This document shows positions 8,090-17,363 of a stretch of DNA of 42,183 nucleotides, in pieces (positions within the stretch are counted from its first letter, which is position 1; every line of letters begins with the position of its first letter). The notes beneath the pieces are model-generated. The model had not been told where the DNA came from, searched no databases, and saw only the letters and a program-made list of their open reading frames with translations. Source of the stretch: an uncultured Gammaproteobacteria bacterium (lineage in GTDB: Bacteria; Patescibacteriota; Patescibacteriia; Patescibacteriales; UBA12465); the NCBI GenBank assembly GCA_964431625.1, contig CAYSJT010000001.1, forward strand, positions 1 to 42,183, written 5' to 3'. Both the position numbers and the translations under genes were made by a program.

Positions 8090-9172
8090 ATGAATGAAAA
8101 AGTCAGAATTAACCAGCGTTCCGAGACCCTAAAGATCTTTTTAGAGCTCGGCCTCCCGATTGAAATTATCAGCGAGTATTTCTCGCTCACGCCGCAGGCT
8201 ATCAGAAAGAGCCTGAAATCCATGCCGGAATACGAAGATAACCGGGGCAAAATTCTTCCTCTAGCTAAGGCCCGTCCTGGCATGCTCAAGCTTCTGGCCG
8301 ATATCAGCTTCGGCCAGCCGCCGGAACCGCTCCGCCAATCAAAATTGCATATTGGCCTCATCAAAAGCATTATCCTCGAGCACTTCCAGGCCAATAAAAT
8401 AATCGAAATTCTCGATTATGCCAGCTACCATCTGGAAACCCTGGCCTGCGCCCGCTTTGACGGCGTTTCCGAGGGATACCGCCAGCTGCTGCTTGACATG
8501 CTCCCCTCCAACCCGCTCAGGCAGGGACAATCATTATGGAATGCTTTCCTTTTCAAGGTCTTCCGGGATGGAAACGCCTCCTGGCTCAGGGCCGAAGATC
8601 CGATAAAAAGCATCACTGATGAAATCCTGTCCGATCTGTCGGACTTGGCCAGAAAAAGAGTCATGCCGACCTTCACCAAAAAAGTGGAAGCGGAAATTAA
8701 TAACATTCTTTTGCCCGGCCTCTCAGCCAAGCAAATCAAGGTAATCACCCTCCACTACGGCTTAAGCGGCGTTGAATGCAGCCGGAAGGAAATCGCCGAT
8801 GACATGGACATGTCAGCCACCCGGGTCGGCCAAGTATATCACTCTGCTCTGACCAACCTCAAGAGAAGAAAGGAGGAAATCCTGGCCGCGCCGCTTGTCT
8901 GGCCGGAGATGATCGAACTCCTGGCCTATAAACGTCATGTTATCGAAAAAGGCGGCGGAGAAACCCCGCTGTCTAGGACCAGCCTTTCTCCCCGCGCCAA
9001 GAACATGTTAAAGTTCTCCGGCTACTGGAAGATAAAGGATCTCGAAGGCCTGACACTGCCCGACCTGAAAAAAATCAGGAATCTCGGTGATAAAGCCGCC
9101 GCAGAAATAACTGCGGTGATGGCCGAATTTGGCTTCCAGATGACCGAATCCGGGTTCACAAAAATCATCTAA
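8090..9172 (+). CDS. Putative DNA-binding/transcription factor: unknown N-terminal region, sigma-70 region-4-like HTH, and an RNA polymerase alpha-CTD-like helix-hairpin-helix domain
   Basis: 360 aa. Residues ~205-260 (LSAKQIKVITLHYGLSGVECSRKEIADDMDMSATRVGQVYHSALTNLKR) follow the sigma70 region 4.2 pattern. Residues ~296-350 (LSPRAKNMLKFSGYWKIKDLEGLTLPDLKKIRNLGDKAAAEITAVMAEFGF) follow the RpoA C-terminal domain pattern (LSVRSANCLK..IGDL....EL.K..NLGKKSL.EI...L...GL). Confidence 0.6.
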   Translation: MNEKVRINQRSETLKIFLELGLPIEIISEYFSLTPQAIRKSLKSMPEYEDNRGKILPLAKARPGMLKLLADISFGQPPEPLRQSKLHIGLIKSIILEHFQANKIIEILDYASYHLETLACARFDGVSEGYRQLLLDMLPSNPLRQGQSLWNAFLFKVFRDGNASWLRAEDPIKSITDEILSDLSDLARKRVMPTFTKKVEAEINNILLPGLSAKQIKVITLHYGLSGVECSRKEIADDMDMSATRVGQVYHSALTNLKRRKEEILAAPLVWPEMIELLAYKRHVIEKGGGETPLSRTSLSPRAKNMLKFSGYWKIKDLEGLTLPDLKKIRNLGDKAAAEITAVMAEFGFQMTESGFTKII

Positions 9173-9173
9173 C

Positions 9174-9199
9174 AAAAACCGCCCCTCAAGGCGGTTTTT
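9174..9199. terminator. Bidirectional terminator between the convergent genes at 8090..9172 and 9221..9511
   Basis: AAAAACCGCC (9174-9183) pairs with GGCGGTTTTT (9190-9199). A/T runs lie on both sides. Confidence 0.8.
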
Positions 9200-9220
9200 C
9201 ATATTCAATCAATTAATCAA

Positions 9221-9511
9221 TTATTTTTTACTCGCTTTTTTCTTTTCCTTTTTCTCCTTGACGAAATCCATGGCCCGCTTGGCAATCTCAGCCAAAATGG
9301 TGAAATAGGCGGAGCTGTTGCGCAGTTTGTCTTTAGCCAAATCAATAAGCTGCTCTACCTTTACCACCCCGGCTTCAACCCGTTGGGCGATACGGTGGAC
9401 GCGACGGACGCTGGCCACTAAATAGTATATCGCCCAGCAGAGAAAGAAGGTCAGGGCGACAATGCAAACGGCCAAAACCAGATTTAAGATATCAAGCGAG
9501 GTGGAAAACAT
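9221..9511 (-). CDS. Small membrane-anchored coiled-coil protein (possibly DUF948-like) with a Lys-rich tail
   Basis: 96 aa. One N-terminal TM helix (ILNLVLAVCIVALTFFLCWAIYYLV) precedes a helical charged region. It is the last gene of the valS-pheST operon. The family assignment is only tentative. Confidence 0.55.
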   Translation of the reverse strand: MFSTSLDILNLVLAVCIVALTFFLCWAIYYLVASVRRVHRIAQRVEAGVVKVEQLIDLAKDKLRNSSAYFTILAEIAKRAMDFVKEKKEKKKASKK

Positions 9512-9521
9512 AATTTTATAT

Positions 9522-11948
9522 TTATTCCCTTAATTGAGCTTCAAATTTTTCTCTCAGCCTTTCAATCAGCTTGGCCTGCAACGAATCGACTTCCGGAGCA
9601 ATCAGGGTCTTCTCGTCAGATTGGTAACTGAGACGGAAAGCCAGGCTCTTCTTGCCTTCTGGCAAATTCTGGCCGCTATAGACATCGAAAAGTTCAACGC
9701 TGCGGAGCAAAGGATCAAACTCTAAAATCTCTTTCTCTAAATCATTATACAATATTTCTTCGGAAACGACAAAGGCGACATCACGAATGACGGCTGGATA
9801 CCGAGCTGGTTCTTTAAATCTATAACGGGGCAGGGAAGAAATCGCCAAGCCCAGGGCTGGCAAGCTTATCTCCGCCGCCGCAGTCCGCTTCTTCAAATTT
9901 ATGTTCTCTTTAGCCGACCGGGAAACATTAGCAACTATGCCTATCTCCTCTCCGGCCAGGATCAATTTGGCCGCGGAAACGCCATCAGCCCAGCCAGGCG
10001 CATTCTCAGCCGGAAGGAATTTCAGACTCAGGCCGTAATCAATCAATGTCTGGCCAAAATTGTTGACTATGCCTTTGAGGCGAAAAAGAGGGTCGCCGCC
10101 GTCAGCCGCTAAAACCAGACCGAGGTGCTTTTCCTGATAAGGAAGAGTCTCTTGGCTCTTCGGCTCTCTGGCTAATCTTCCCGGGGCCTTGAAAAAAACG
10201 TTGCCGATTTCGAAAAAACCGAAGCTGCCTTCCCGGGCCTGGTTAGTTTTGATGTTGGCGATAAGGTGCGGGACCAGAGATTGGCGCAATAGGGATTGGA
10301 TGCCGGACAAAGGGTTGGCCAGGCGCAGATAATTGAAATGCTCTATCCCCAGCTTAGCCAGCTGGTCTTCGCCGACAAATGAATAATTATAGGCCTCACT
10401 CAAGCCGTATTTGAGGCAAAGCAAATCCTGTAAGCGGCGCGCAAGCCGCCATTCTTCGTCCAGTTGCGGAGGATTAATGACGGCAGCCGGCAGTTGGGAA
10501 ACGATGTTATCATAACCATGAAGGCGCAGAACTTCTTCTACCAGATCTTCACGACTAGAAACGTCTTTCGCTGACCTCCAGGACGGCACCTCCACTCGCC
10601 AAACGCCCTTGCTTTGAGCTGAAACCTTGAACCCCAGCCTTTCCAGGCTGGCCGAAGCGGATTTGACCGGAATAGGCTGGCCGATCTTACGACCGAGCCA
10701 GGCCTGATCGAGCTCGAGATACAACGGATCAGTTTTATAGTTCTTAATATCAATAACCTGGCTGGCTATTCTAAAATCCGGACAAACCTTGTCTAACAGC
10801 CTAATAAAGCGGCGCAGAGCGATCTCCGCCAGTTCCGGATCAAGGGATTTTTCAAACCTCATCGAAGCTTCGCTGCGCAGGCCAAGGCGTTGGGAACTCC
10901 GACGGATAGAAACGGCTTGGAAATTGGCCGCCTCTAAGATAATCGCTGAAGTATTTTCCGACACCTGGCTGTCCTGCCCGCCCATAATGCCGGCTATGGC
11001 CAGCGGCTGGCGGCCATCGGTGATCAGAAGATCATCAGCGGAAAGATGCCTTTCCTTATCATCTAAAGTAGTTATAGATTCCTCCTTCCTGGCCCGCTTG
11101 ACCACTATCTTCTTTACTTTAGCCGCGTCAAAAGCGTGCAGGGGCTGACCCAATTCCAACATCACATAATTAGTCAGGTCAACAATGTTATTTATCGGCC
11201 GCTGATTGACCGCTACTAATCTATCCTTGAGCCAACGAGGTGATTCCCCGACTTTTACCCCCTCCAAACGGACAGCTAAATAGCGGGGGCAGAGCTCAGG
11301 GTCTTCCACTTTCACTTCCAGAGGAGAGGTTTTTTCTGACACTGCCGGAATTTCGGCAATCAGCCTCTCATATGGGACCAGGGGAGCGGAAAATATAGCC
11401 GATAACTCTCGGGAAAGACCATAATGACTAAGAAGGTCGGGCCGATTGGACAGCGACTTGTTGTCCACTTCTAAAATAACATCATCCAGACCAAGGTGCT
11501 TAGCCAAAGACTCGCCCACTTTTGCTTTCTTGTCCAAAACCATTATTCCTTCGTGATCGGCACCTAAACCAAGCTCGTCTTCGGCGCAGATCATTCCTTG
11601 CGATTCTTGGCCCCTAATTTCCGCCGCCTCTATCTTCATCCCGTTAGGCAGTGAAGCCCCGGGTAAGGCCACGGCTACCAGTTGGCCGGGGGCGACATTG
11701 GGGGCGCCGCAAACTATCGGCCGCTTCCCGTCTTTGATGTCGACGACGGTCAGGCGTAAGCGATCGGCTTTGGGGTGCGGTTCGACCGATTCCACCCGTC
11801 CAACCACTACCTTATCCAGGCTTTCCGCCTGCTTAGCCACACCTTCGACTTCCACCGTATGGGCAGTGAGCCGTTGAGCCACCTCTTCCGGGCCTATCTT
11901 GGCCGGCAATTTGACGAAGTCCTTGAGCCAGCTATATGAGATATGCAT
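9522..11948 (-). CDS. pheT: Phenylalanine--tRNA ligase beta subunit
   Basis: 808 aa. N-terminus MHISYSWLKDFV, tRNA-binding domain, B3/4 and B5 regions, C-terminal FDX-ACB-like domain. It lies directly downstream of pheS. Confidence 0.95.
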   Translation of the reverse strand: MHISYSWLKDFVKLPAKIGPEEVAQRLTAHTVEVEGVAKQAESLDKVVVGRVESVEPHPKADRLRLTVVDIKDGKRPIVCGAPNVAPGQLVAVALPGASLPNGMKIEAAEIRGQESQGMICAEDELGLGADHEGIMVLDKKAKVGESLAKHLGLDDVILEVDNKSLSNRPDLLSHYGLSRELSAIFSAPLVPYERLIAEIPAVSEKTSPLEVKVEDPELCPRYLAVRLEGVKVGESPRWLKDRLVAVNQRPINNIVDLTNYVMLELGQPLHAFDAAKVKKIVVKRARKEESITTLDDKERHLSADDLLITDGRQPLAIAGIMGGQDSQVSENTSAIILEAANFQAVSIRRSSQRLGLRSEASMRFEKSLDPELAEIALRRFIRLLDKVCPDFRIASQVIDIKNYKTDPLYLELDQAWLGRKIGQPIPVKSASASLERLGFKVSAQSKGVWRVEVPSWRSAKDVSSREDLVEEVLRLHGYDNIVSQLPAAVINPPQLDEEWRLARRLQDLLCLKYGLSEAYNYSFVGEDQLAKLGIEHFNYLRLANPLSGIQSLLRQSLVPHLIANIKTNQAREGSFGFFEIGNVFFKAPGRLAREPKSQETLPYQEKHLGLVLAADGGDPLFRLKGIVNNFGQTLIDYGLSLKFLPAENAPGWADGVSAAKLILAGEEIGIVANVSRSAKENINLKKRTAAAEISLPALGLAISSLPRYRFKEPARYPAVIRDVAFVVSEEILYNDLEKEILEFDPLLRSVELFDVYSGQNLPEGKKSLAFRLSYQSDEKTLIAPEVDSLQAKLIERLREKFEAQLRE

Positions 11949-11952
11949 ATGT

Positions 11953-12975
11953 TTAAAATTGCTCTAGGAATTTAAGGTCGCCGCTATTGAAGGAGCGGAT
12001 ATCCCCGATATTATATTTGAGCATGGCTAGACGATTGAGCCCGAAACCGAAGGCCAGGCCGGAATACTTTTCCGGATCGATTCCTCCGGCCCGCAGAACA
12101 TCGGGATGAATTAAACCAGCGCCGACTATTTCCAGCCAGCCGGTCTGCTTGCAAAGGCGGCAACCCTGCCCCTGGCAAAGAAAACAGGTATATTCGCCGT
12201 TATTCCCGGGTTCGACGAAGGGATAGAACTTGGGCCGCATCCGCAATTTTGTCTGGGGACCGAAAAGGCGCTGGCCAACTATCTCCAGCAGGCTCTTGAG
12301 ATTGGCAAAATTGATATCCTTATCTATCATCAGCCCCTCAACCTGATAGAAAGTGTGCTCATGGCGGGCATCGGTGGCTTCGTTGCGAAAGCAGCGGCCG
12401 GGAATAATCGCCCTAAGGGGCGCGCCATATTTCTCCATCACCCGAATTTGGGTGGGGGAAGTATGGGTTCTCATTACTAAGCCGCTATCCTGCCCCGACT
12501 GGCCGACATAGAAGGTGTCTTGCATATCGCGGGCCGGATGAAAAGGGGGGATATTGAGGGCGGTGAAATTATAATAATCGCTTTCCAGCTCCGGACCGTC
12601 AGCGACGGTAAAGCCTAATGAGATAAAAAGGTCTTCAATCTCCCTTCGGACAAGGGTGATGGGATTAAGGTGGCCATTGGGCAATTTCTCTCCGGGCAAA
12701 GTGACGTCAGCGGAACTGGCAGGATCCCCGGCTTGGCCTAATTCGCGCTTCACTGCTTCAAACTTCTCCTGGAGCTCATGTTTGATACGGTTAGCCGCAT
12801 CCCCCAGGTCTTTTCTGACTTCCAAACTGACGTCTTTGAGACCGCGCAAGATAAGGCTGAGTTCGCCTTTGCGGGAAAGATATTTTAACTCCAAATCTCT
12901 AAGATTCTCCGGGCTGGTCGCTTCCGCTAAGCGATCCAGGAAGTCCCGCCTTAATTGGTTTAATTTTTCTTTCAT
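11953..12975 (-). CDS. pheS: Phenylalanine--tRNA ligase alpha subunit
   Basis: 340 aa. Class II motifs (HPARDMQDTFY, RTHTSPTQIR, GAGLIHPDVL..GLAFGFGLNRL). Confidence 0.95.
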   Translation of the reverse strand: MKEKLNQLRRDFLDRLAEATSPENLRDLELKYLSRKGELSLILRGLKDVSLEVRKDLGDAANRIKHELQEKFEAVKRELGQAGDPASSADVTLPGEKLPNGHLNPITLVRREIEDLFISLGFTVADGPELESDYYNFTALNIPPFHPARDMQDTFYVGQSGQDSGLVMRTHTSPTQIRVMEKYGAPLRAIIPGRCFRNEATDARHEHTFYQVEGLMIDKDINFANLKSLLEIVGQRLFGPQTKLRMRPKFYPFVEPGNNGEYTCFLCQGQGCRLCKQTGWLEIVGAGLIHPDVLRAGGIDPEKYSGLAFGFGLNRLAMLKYNIGDIRSFNSGDLKFLEQF

Positions 12976-12979
12976 ATAT

Positions 12980-13360
12980 TTAACGATTCTTCTTATAGCT
13001 TATCAAAAACAGCTCCAAGATTGAGAAAACGACTATTAAGAGCAGGAGGTTAAGCCAGTTAAAAAGATTTTGTGACTTCAAAAAGAGAAGAAAAATCAGA
13101 AATAAAGAAAAAACAAAAGACTGTCTAAAAGATAGCTTAACAAGATTAAAGGTCATTTCTTGGCGCTTAGCGAAATAGCGAATGAGAAAGCCGATTAAAG
13201 CGGCGGTGCCGCTTAGAGCTAAAAACAGGGTAAGGTAAAATAAGACGAAGCCGAGCCAATTAGTCGCCGTCGGATCAATTAATCCGGCCACAAAGAAAAA
13301 TATCCCCCAACAAACTAAGGTGAGGATGCCCATGACGGCGAGGTAGCTCTTTAAAGTCAT
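12980..13360 (-). CDS. Hypothetical polytopic membrane protein (126 aa, ~4 TM helices)
   Basis: Hydrophobic throughout. Its start overlaps the valS stop by 4 nt (ATGA coupling). No family recognised. Confidence 0.6.
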   Translation of the reverse strand: MTLKSYLAVMGILTLVCWGIFFFVAGLIDPTATNWLGFVLFYLTLFLALSGTAALIGFLIRYFAKRQEMTFNLVKLSFRQSFVFSLFLIFLLFLKSQNLFNWLNLLLLIVVFSILELFLISYKKNR

Positions 13361-15969
13361 ATTTTATTTAAGTTTTCCTTAACTTTTTCCAGCTCAAGGC
13401 GATAACGGGCTAATTTCTCTTCTTCTGCGGAAACAATCGCCTTGGGCGCTTTGCTAACAAATTCCTGATTAGCCAGCTTCTGTTCTTGCAGATGAATCAG
13501 GCGCTCCAAGTCATTTTTTTCCTGATCCAATCTGGCTGCTTCTTTCTCTGCGTCAATCCCGTCCAGCAAAAATATCTCAACTTTGCCCACGGGCACGGCA
13601 ATGGCGCCTGAGGGGATGACTGATTCCGAATTTAAAGAAGACAAGCCTGTCTTTAAGCCGCAAATCAGGAGAGAGCTATCTAATAACACCTCGGCTCCTT
13701 CGTTTGCCCTGATTATTGCTGGCAATTTCTTGGCCGGATTAACCCGATTGGCGCTCCTGGCATTCCTAATCGCCACTACCACCTCTTGAATCAAATTAAA
13801 ATCAGTTGCGGGATCAGACGGATTAAGAGGCTTAATCTCGGGCCAGCGGGCCACTAATAATAGGCTGTTATTAAAACTCTGCCAAATCGCCTCAGTGACA
13901 AAAGGCAAGAAAGGGTGCCAGAGGATAAGTGTCTGACGGAGAAGGAAGGCAAGAATGGCTTCTTTGCCCTTTTCTATCTTGGCCGCTTCCAGATACCAAT
14001 CAGCTAGCTTGTTCCAGGTGAAATCATTGAGAGCCTCGGCCGCTAAGGAAAAATTATAATTAGCCATGTGCCCGTCCACCACTTTAATGGTCTCAAACAA
14101 TTCTCCCAATACCCAACGATCAGCCAAGGTCTTAGCCTTAGGAGCCTCATTGGTCTCAGCCAAAGCTTCTTCTGGGACAACGGACAGAACGAAACGGGAT
14201 ATGTTCCAAAGCTTATTAGCAAAGTTCCGCTTAGCCGCCAGCTTCTCTTCGCTGAAACGGGAGTCGTTGCCAGGAGTAGAGCCCATGAGCAGGGAAAGGC
14301 GGGTGGCATCAGCCCCATACTTCTCGATCATATCCAAAGGATCGACGCCGTTCCCTTTTGACTTAGACATCTTCTTGCCCTTCTCATCTAAAATTATCCC
14401 GTGCAGATAGACGCGGGAAAAAGGAATTTCTCCCAAAGCAAAGAAGGACATCATGATCATCCTTGAAACCCAGAGAGTGATTATCTCATAACCGGTTTCC
14501 AGGACTTGGGTCGGGTGAAAGCGGGCTAAATCTCCCAGTTTCCGACTGGCGGTGAAATTGGTCGGCCAGCCCAAAGTGGAGAAGGTCCACATGCCGGAGG
14601 AAAACCAAGTATCAAGAGTGTCTGGGTCCTGTTCCCAACCCGGTTCAGTCGGCGCTTCTGTGCCAACATATACTTCATCGCCCCGATACCAGACCGGGAT
14701 ACGGTGGCCGAACCAGATTTGGCGGGAAATGCACCAATCATGAAGATTCTCCATCCAATCAAGATAGCGCTTAAGGAAACGATCGGGAATAAATTTTATC
14801 GCTCCGCTCTTCGCCGCCTCCAAGGCCTTCTGTTTCAGAGAAAGTCCGCCGAGACGCTCCAGCGGCTTGTCTACGGCGATGAACCATTGCTTGGAAGGCA
14901 GGGGCTCAATGACCGTACCGCAACGATAGCAAACGGCCGCATTATGGGAATAATTCTCATCTATATGATCGATAAGTCCAAGCTTTTCCATGTCGGCCAC
15001 GATAGCCTCCCTGGCTTCTCGGGTGCTCAGCCCGGCGTATTTGCCGCAGTTAGCCATCATCCGTCCGTCCTCGTCGATTATCTTCTTACCGGGCAGATTA
15101 TGGCGCCCTGCGATTTCATTATCGATAAAACTGTGGGCCGGGGTGACTTTGATGGCTCCGGAGCCGAACTCCGGATCAACGGCATGATCGGCCACCACTT
15201 GCACCCTGAACTTGCCCAAAACCCCCTCCACTTCTATTTCTTTGCCAACCAAGTGAGCATAGCGCTTGTCTCCGGGATAGACGGCTACGGCCGTATCGCC
15301 GAGCTTTGTTTCCGGCCGAGAAGTGGCTAATACAAAAGGTCCGTACTTTATCCAATACAACTTAGCCTTCTCCTCCTTATAGTCCACCTCGTCATCAGCC
15401 AGGGTGGAGTGGCAGCGCGGACACCAATTAACTATCCTTTCGCCGCGATAGATGGCCCCAGCTTCATACATCTCATGAAACATGGTACGGACAGCCAGCT
15501 GACGCGGCTCGTCCAGAGTAAACGCTAAACGCGACCAATCCAGGGAAGCGCCCAGCTTCTTAATCTGTTTAAGTATAATCGCCTGTGTAGATTCAACAAA
15601 ACGGCCCACTTCATCCAAAAAGGACTCCCGACCCAGGTCATGCCTGGTCTGCCCCTTCTCTTTAAGCAGTTTTTTCTCCACCACATTCTGTGTGGCAATG
15701 GCCGCGTGATCAGTTCCGGGCAGCCAAAGGGTCCGATAGCCCCTGAGACGGTGGTATCTGATAAGCAAATCCTCTATCGCCACCGTGGCTGCGTGCCCAA
15801 TATGGAGCTTGTCGGTGATGTTAGGCGGAGGCAGGACGATGGTATAGGTCGGGGCATCGTTTGGCACATCTAAATTATCCGGGTTAAAATACCCGGATTT
15901 TTCCCAAAGTTGGTAGATATGGTCCTCGTGCTGGGCCGGATTATAGGCTTTATCCAGTTCATTTTTCAT
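13357..15969 (-). CDS. valS: Valine--tRNA ligase
   Basis: 870 aa. HIGH motif (LHIGHA), KMSKS motif (KMSKSKGN), CP1 editing domain, C-terminal coiled coil. Confidence 0.95.
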   Translation of the reverse strand: MKNELDKAYNPAQHEDHIYQLWEKSGYFNPDNLDVPNDAPTYTIVLPPPNITDKLHIGHAATVAIEDLLIRYHRLRGYRTLWLPGTDHAAIATQNVVEKKLLKEKGQTRHDLGRESFLDEVGRFVESTQAIILKQIKKLGASLDWSRLAFTLDEPRQLAVRTMFHEMYEAGAIYRGERIVNWCPRCHSTLADDEVDYKEEKAKLYWIKYGPFVLATSRPETKLGDTAVAVYPGDKRYAHLVGKEIEVEGVLGKFRVQVVADHAVDPEFGSGAIKVTPAHSFIDNEIAGRHNLPGKKIIDEDGRMMANCGKYAGLSTREAREAIVADMEKLGLIDHIDENYSHNAAVCYRCGTVIEPLPSKQWFIAVDKPLERLGGLSLKQKALEAAKSGAIKFIPDRFLKRYLDWMENLHDWCISRQIWFGHRIPVWYRGDEVYVGTEAPTEPGWEQDPDTLDTWFSSGMWTFSTLGWPTNFTASRKLGDLARFHPTQVLETGYEIITLWVSRMIMMSFFALGEIPFSRVYLHGIILDEKGKKMSKSKGNGVDPLDMIEKYGADATRLSLLMGSTPGNDSRFSEEKLAAKRNFANKLWNISRFVLSVVPEEALAETNEAPKAKTLADRWVLGELFETIKVVDGHMANYNFSLAAEALNDFTWNKLADWYLEAAKIEKGKEAILAFLLRQTLILWHPFLPFVTEAIWQSFNNSLLLVARWPEIKPLNPSDPATDFNLIQEVVVAIRNARSANRVNPAKKLPAIIRANEGAEVLLDSSLLICGLKTGLSSLNSESVIPSGAIAVPVGKVEIFLLDGIDAEKEAARLDQEKNDLERLIHLQEQKLANQEFVSKAPKAIVSAEEEKLARYRLELEKVKENLNKI

Positions 15970-16016
15970 ACCTTAAAATTACCAAAAAAACCGCCCTAAG
16001 TCAATGAAAAAATGGC

Positions 16017-16045
16017 TTGACTGGCCCCTTATTTAGTTATATATT
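16017..16045 (+). promoter_or_regulatory. Sigma70-type promoter of the DHH-like gene
   Basis: TTGACT (16017-16022), 17-nt spacer, TATATT (16040-16045). Confidence 0.45.
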
Positions 16046-16087
16046 TAAAGGTCGGCTTCCGGCCGCCGGTTTTAATGCGCTAGATAA

Positions 16088-17230
16088 ATGCTCAACCTAG
16101 AACAACAAATATATAACCAGCTGGAAAAGGCGAAAAACATCCTAATTGCCTTCTCCGGCCAGAAAGGCGGCGATGCCCTGTCTTCCGCCCTGGCTCTTTG
16201 CCTGGCTCTAAAGAAGCGAGGCAAGGCGGTTGATGTCGTGGCGCCAGCTGACCGATCTTTGCGGGAAGGCTTCTCTTTCCTGCCTGAGGCCGAAAACATC
16301 GGCTCGGGTCTCAGCAACCTCAGGCGCTTCGTCGTTTCCGTTGATATCAGCCAAGCTAAAGTGAGCCAAATAAGATATTCGGTCGAAAACAACCAACTAA
16401 ATTTCATCATCTCGCCTTCGGAAGGTTGGTTCAAGCCGGAAGATGTCAGCGCCAAAGCCGGGGAATTTAAATACGACCTAATTATCATCCTCGGTTCGGC
16501 TGACCTGGAATCACTCGGTCCTATCTATGACGAGAACGTGGAGTTCTTCTACAAGACAAATGTCATAAACATTGACAATCAATCAGGCAATGAGGAATTT
16601 GGGCAGATAAACTTCATTGACTTAAACGCGGCTTCAGTCAGCGAGATAATCTTTTATCTTATCAAAAACTATGATGAGAAGCTGATAGACGAAGACGCCG
16701 CCACCTGCCTGCTGGCCGGCATCATCCAAGCCACCCGCAACTTCAAGACGGCCAATCTCACCCCGCGTACTCTGCTCGGCACCTCGGAACTCATCAGCTT
16801 CGGCGCCAGGCGCGAAGAAATTGTTAACCATCTATACCGCTCCCGCGACTTAAGCACTCTCAAACTCTGGGGCAAGGTACTCAACAACCTGAAATCGGAA
16901 GCTGGCGGCGCCTTAATTTGGTCGCAGCTTAGCCGTAATGATTTTGCCGACTCCCAGGCGGCGGAAAGCGGAGTTGAAGAGATAATCGACGAGTTAGTCG
17001 CCAATGTTCCGGGGGCCAAGCTGATTGCCATCCTATCAGAAGTTTCTGCCTCAAAGACGCGCCTCACTCTCTACTCCTTCCGCGGGGTTAATGCCCTGGA
17101 AATGATCAAGGAATATAAGCCCCAAGGCAACATCCGGCTGGCCCGGGCCGAACTGAATAAGGATCTGGGAACGGCTAATACCGAGCTAATTCCAGAGCTC
17201 AAAGCCAAGCTTGATAAATTAAAATTATAA
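16088..17230 (+). CDS. DHH/DHHA1-family (NrnA-like) protein with degenerate catalytic motifs
   Basis: 380 aa, colinear overall with NrnA-type phosphoesterases. Every catalytic motif I can place is substituted: motif I GGD instead of DxD, motif III IDNQ instead of DHH, motif IV IIQATRNF instead of GDTGxF, and DHHA1 PQGN instead of GGGH. Confidence 0.65.
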   Translation: MLNLEQQIYNQLEKAKNILIAFSGQKGGDALSSALALCLALKKRGKAVDVVAPADRSLREGFSFLPEAENIGSGLSNLRRFVVSVDISQAKVSQIRYSVENNQLNFIISPSEGWFKPEDVSAKAGEFKYDLIIILGSADLESLGPIYDENVEFFYKTNVINIDNQSGNEEFGQINFIDLNAASVSEIIFYLIKNYDEKLIDEDAATCLLAGIIQATRNFKTANLTPRTLLGTSELISFGARREEIVNHLYRSRDLSTLKLWGKVLNNLKSEAGGALIWSQLSRNDFADSQAAESGVEEIIDELVANVPGAKLIAILSEVSASKTRLTLYSFRGVNALEMIKEYKPQGNIRLARAELNKDLGTANTELIPELKAKLDKLKL

Positions 17231-17273
17231 TGATATAAAGTATCTTGTGGCAGCACTAAGCGCCAGCGCCTAG

Positions 17274-17347
17274 GCGCCTATAGCTCAGGTGGTTAGAGCA
17301 CCGCTCTTATAAAGCGGGGGTCGATGGTTCAAGTCCATCTAGGCGCA
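17274..17347 (+). tRNA. tRNA-Ile (anticodon UAU)
   Basis: Acceptor GCGCCTA/TAGGCGC, D-arm TAGCTCAGGTGGTTAGAGC (Ile-like body), anticodon stem CCGCT/AGCGG, loop CTTATAA (anticodon TAT), T-arm GATGG-TTCAAGT-CCATC. No CCA is encoded. Confidence 0.8.
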
Positions 17348-17363
17348 CGTAAAAAAAATTTAG

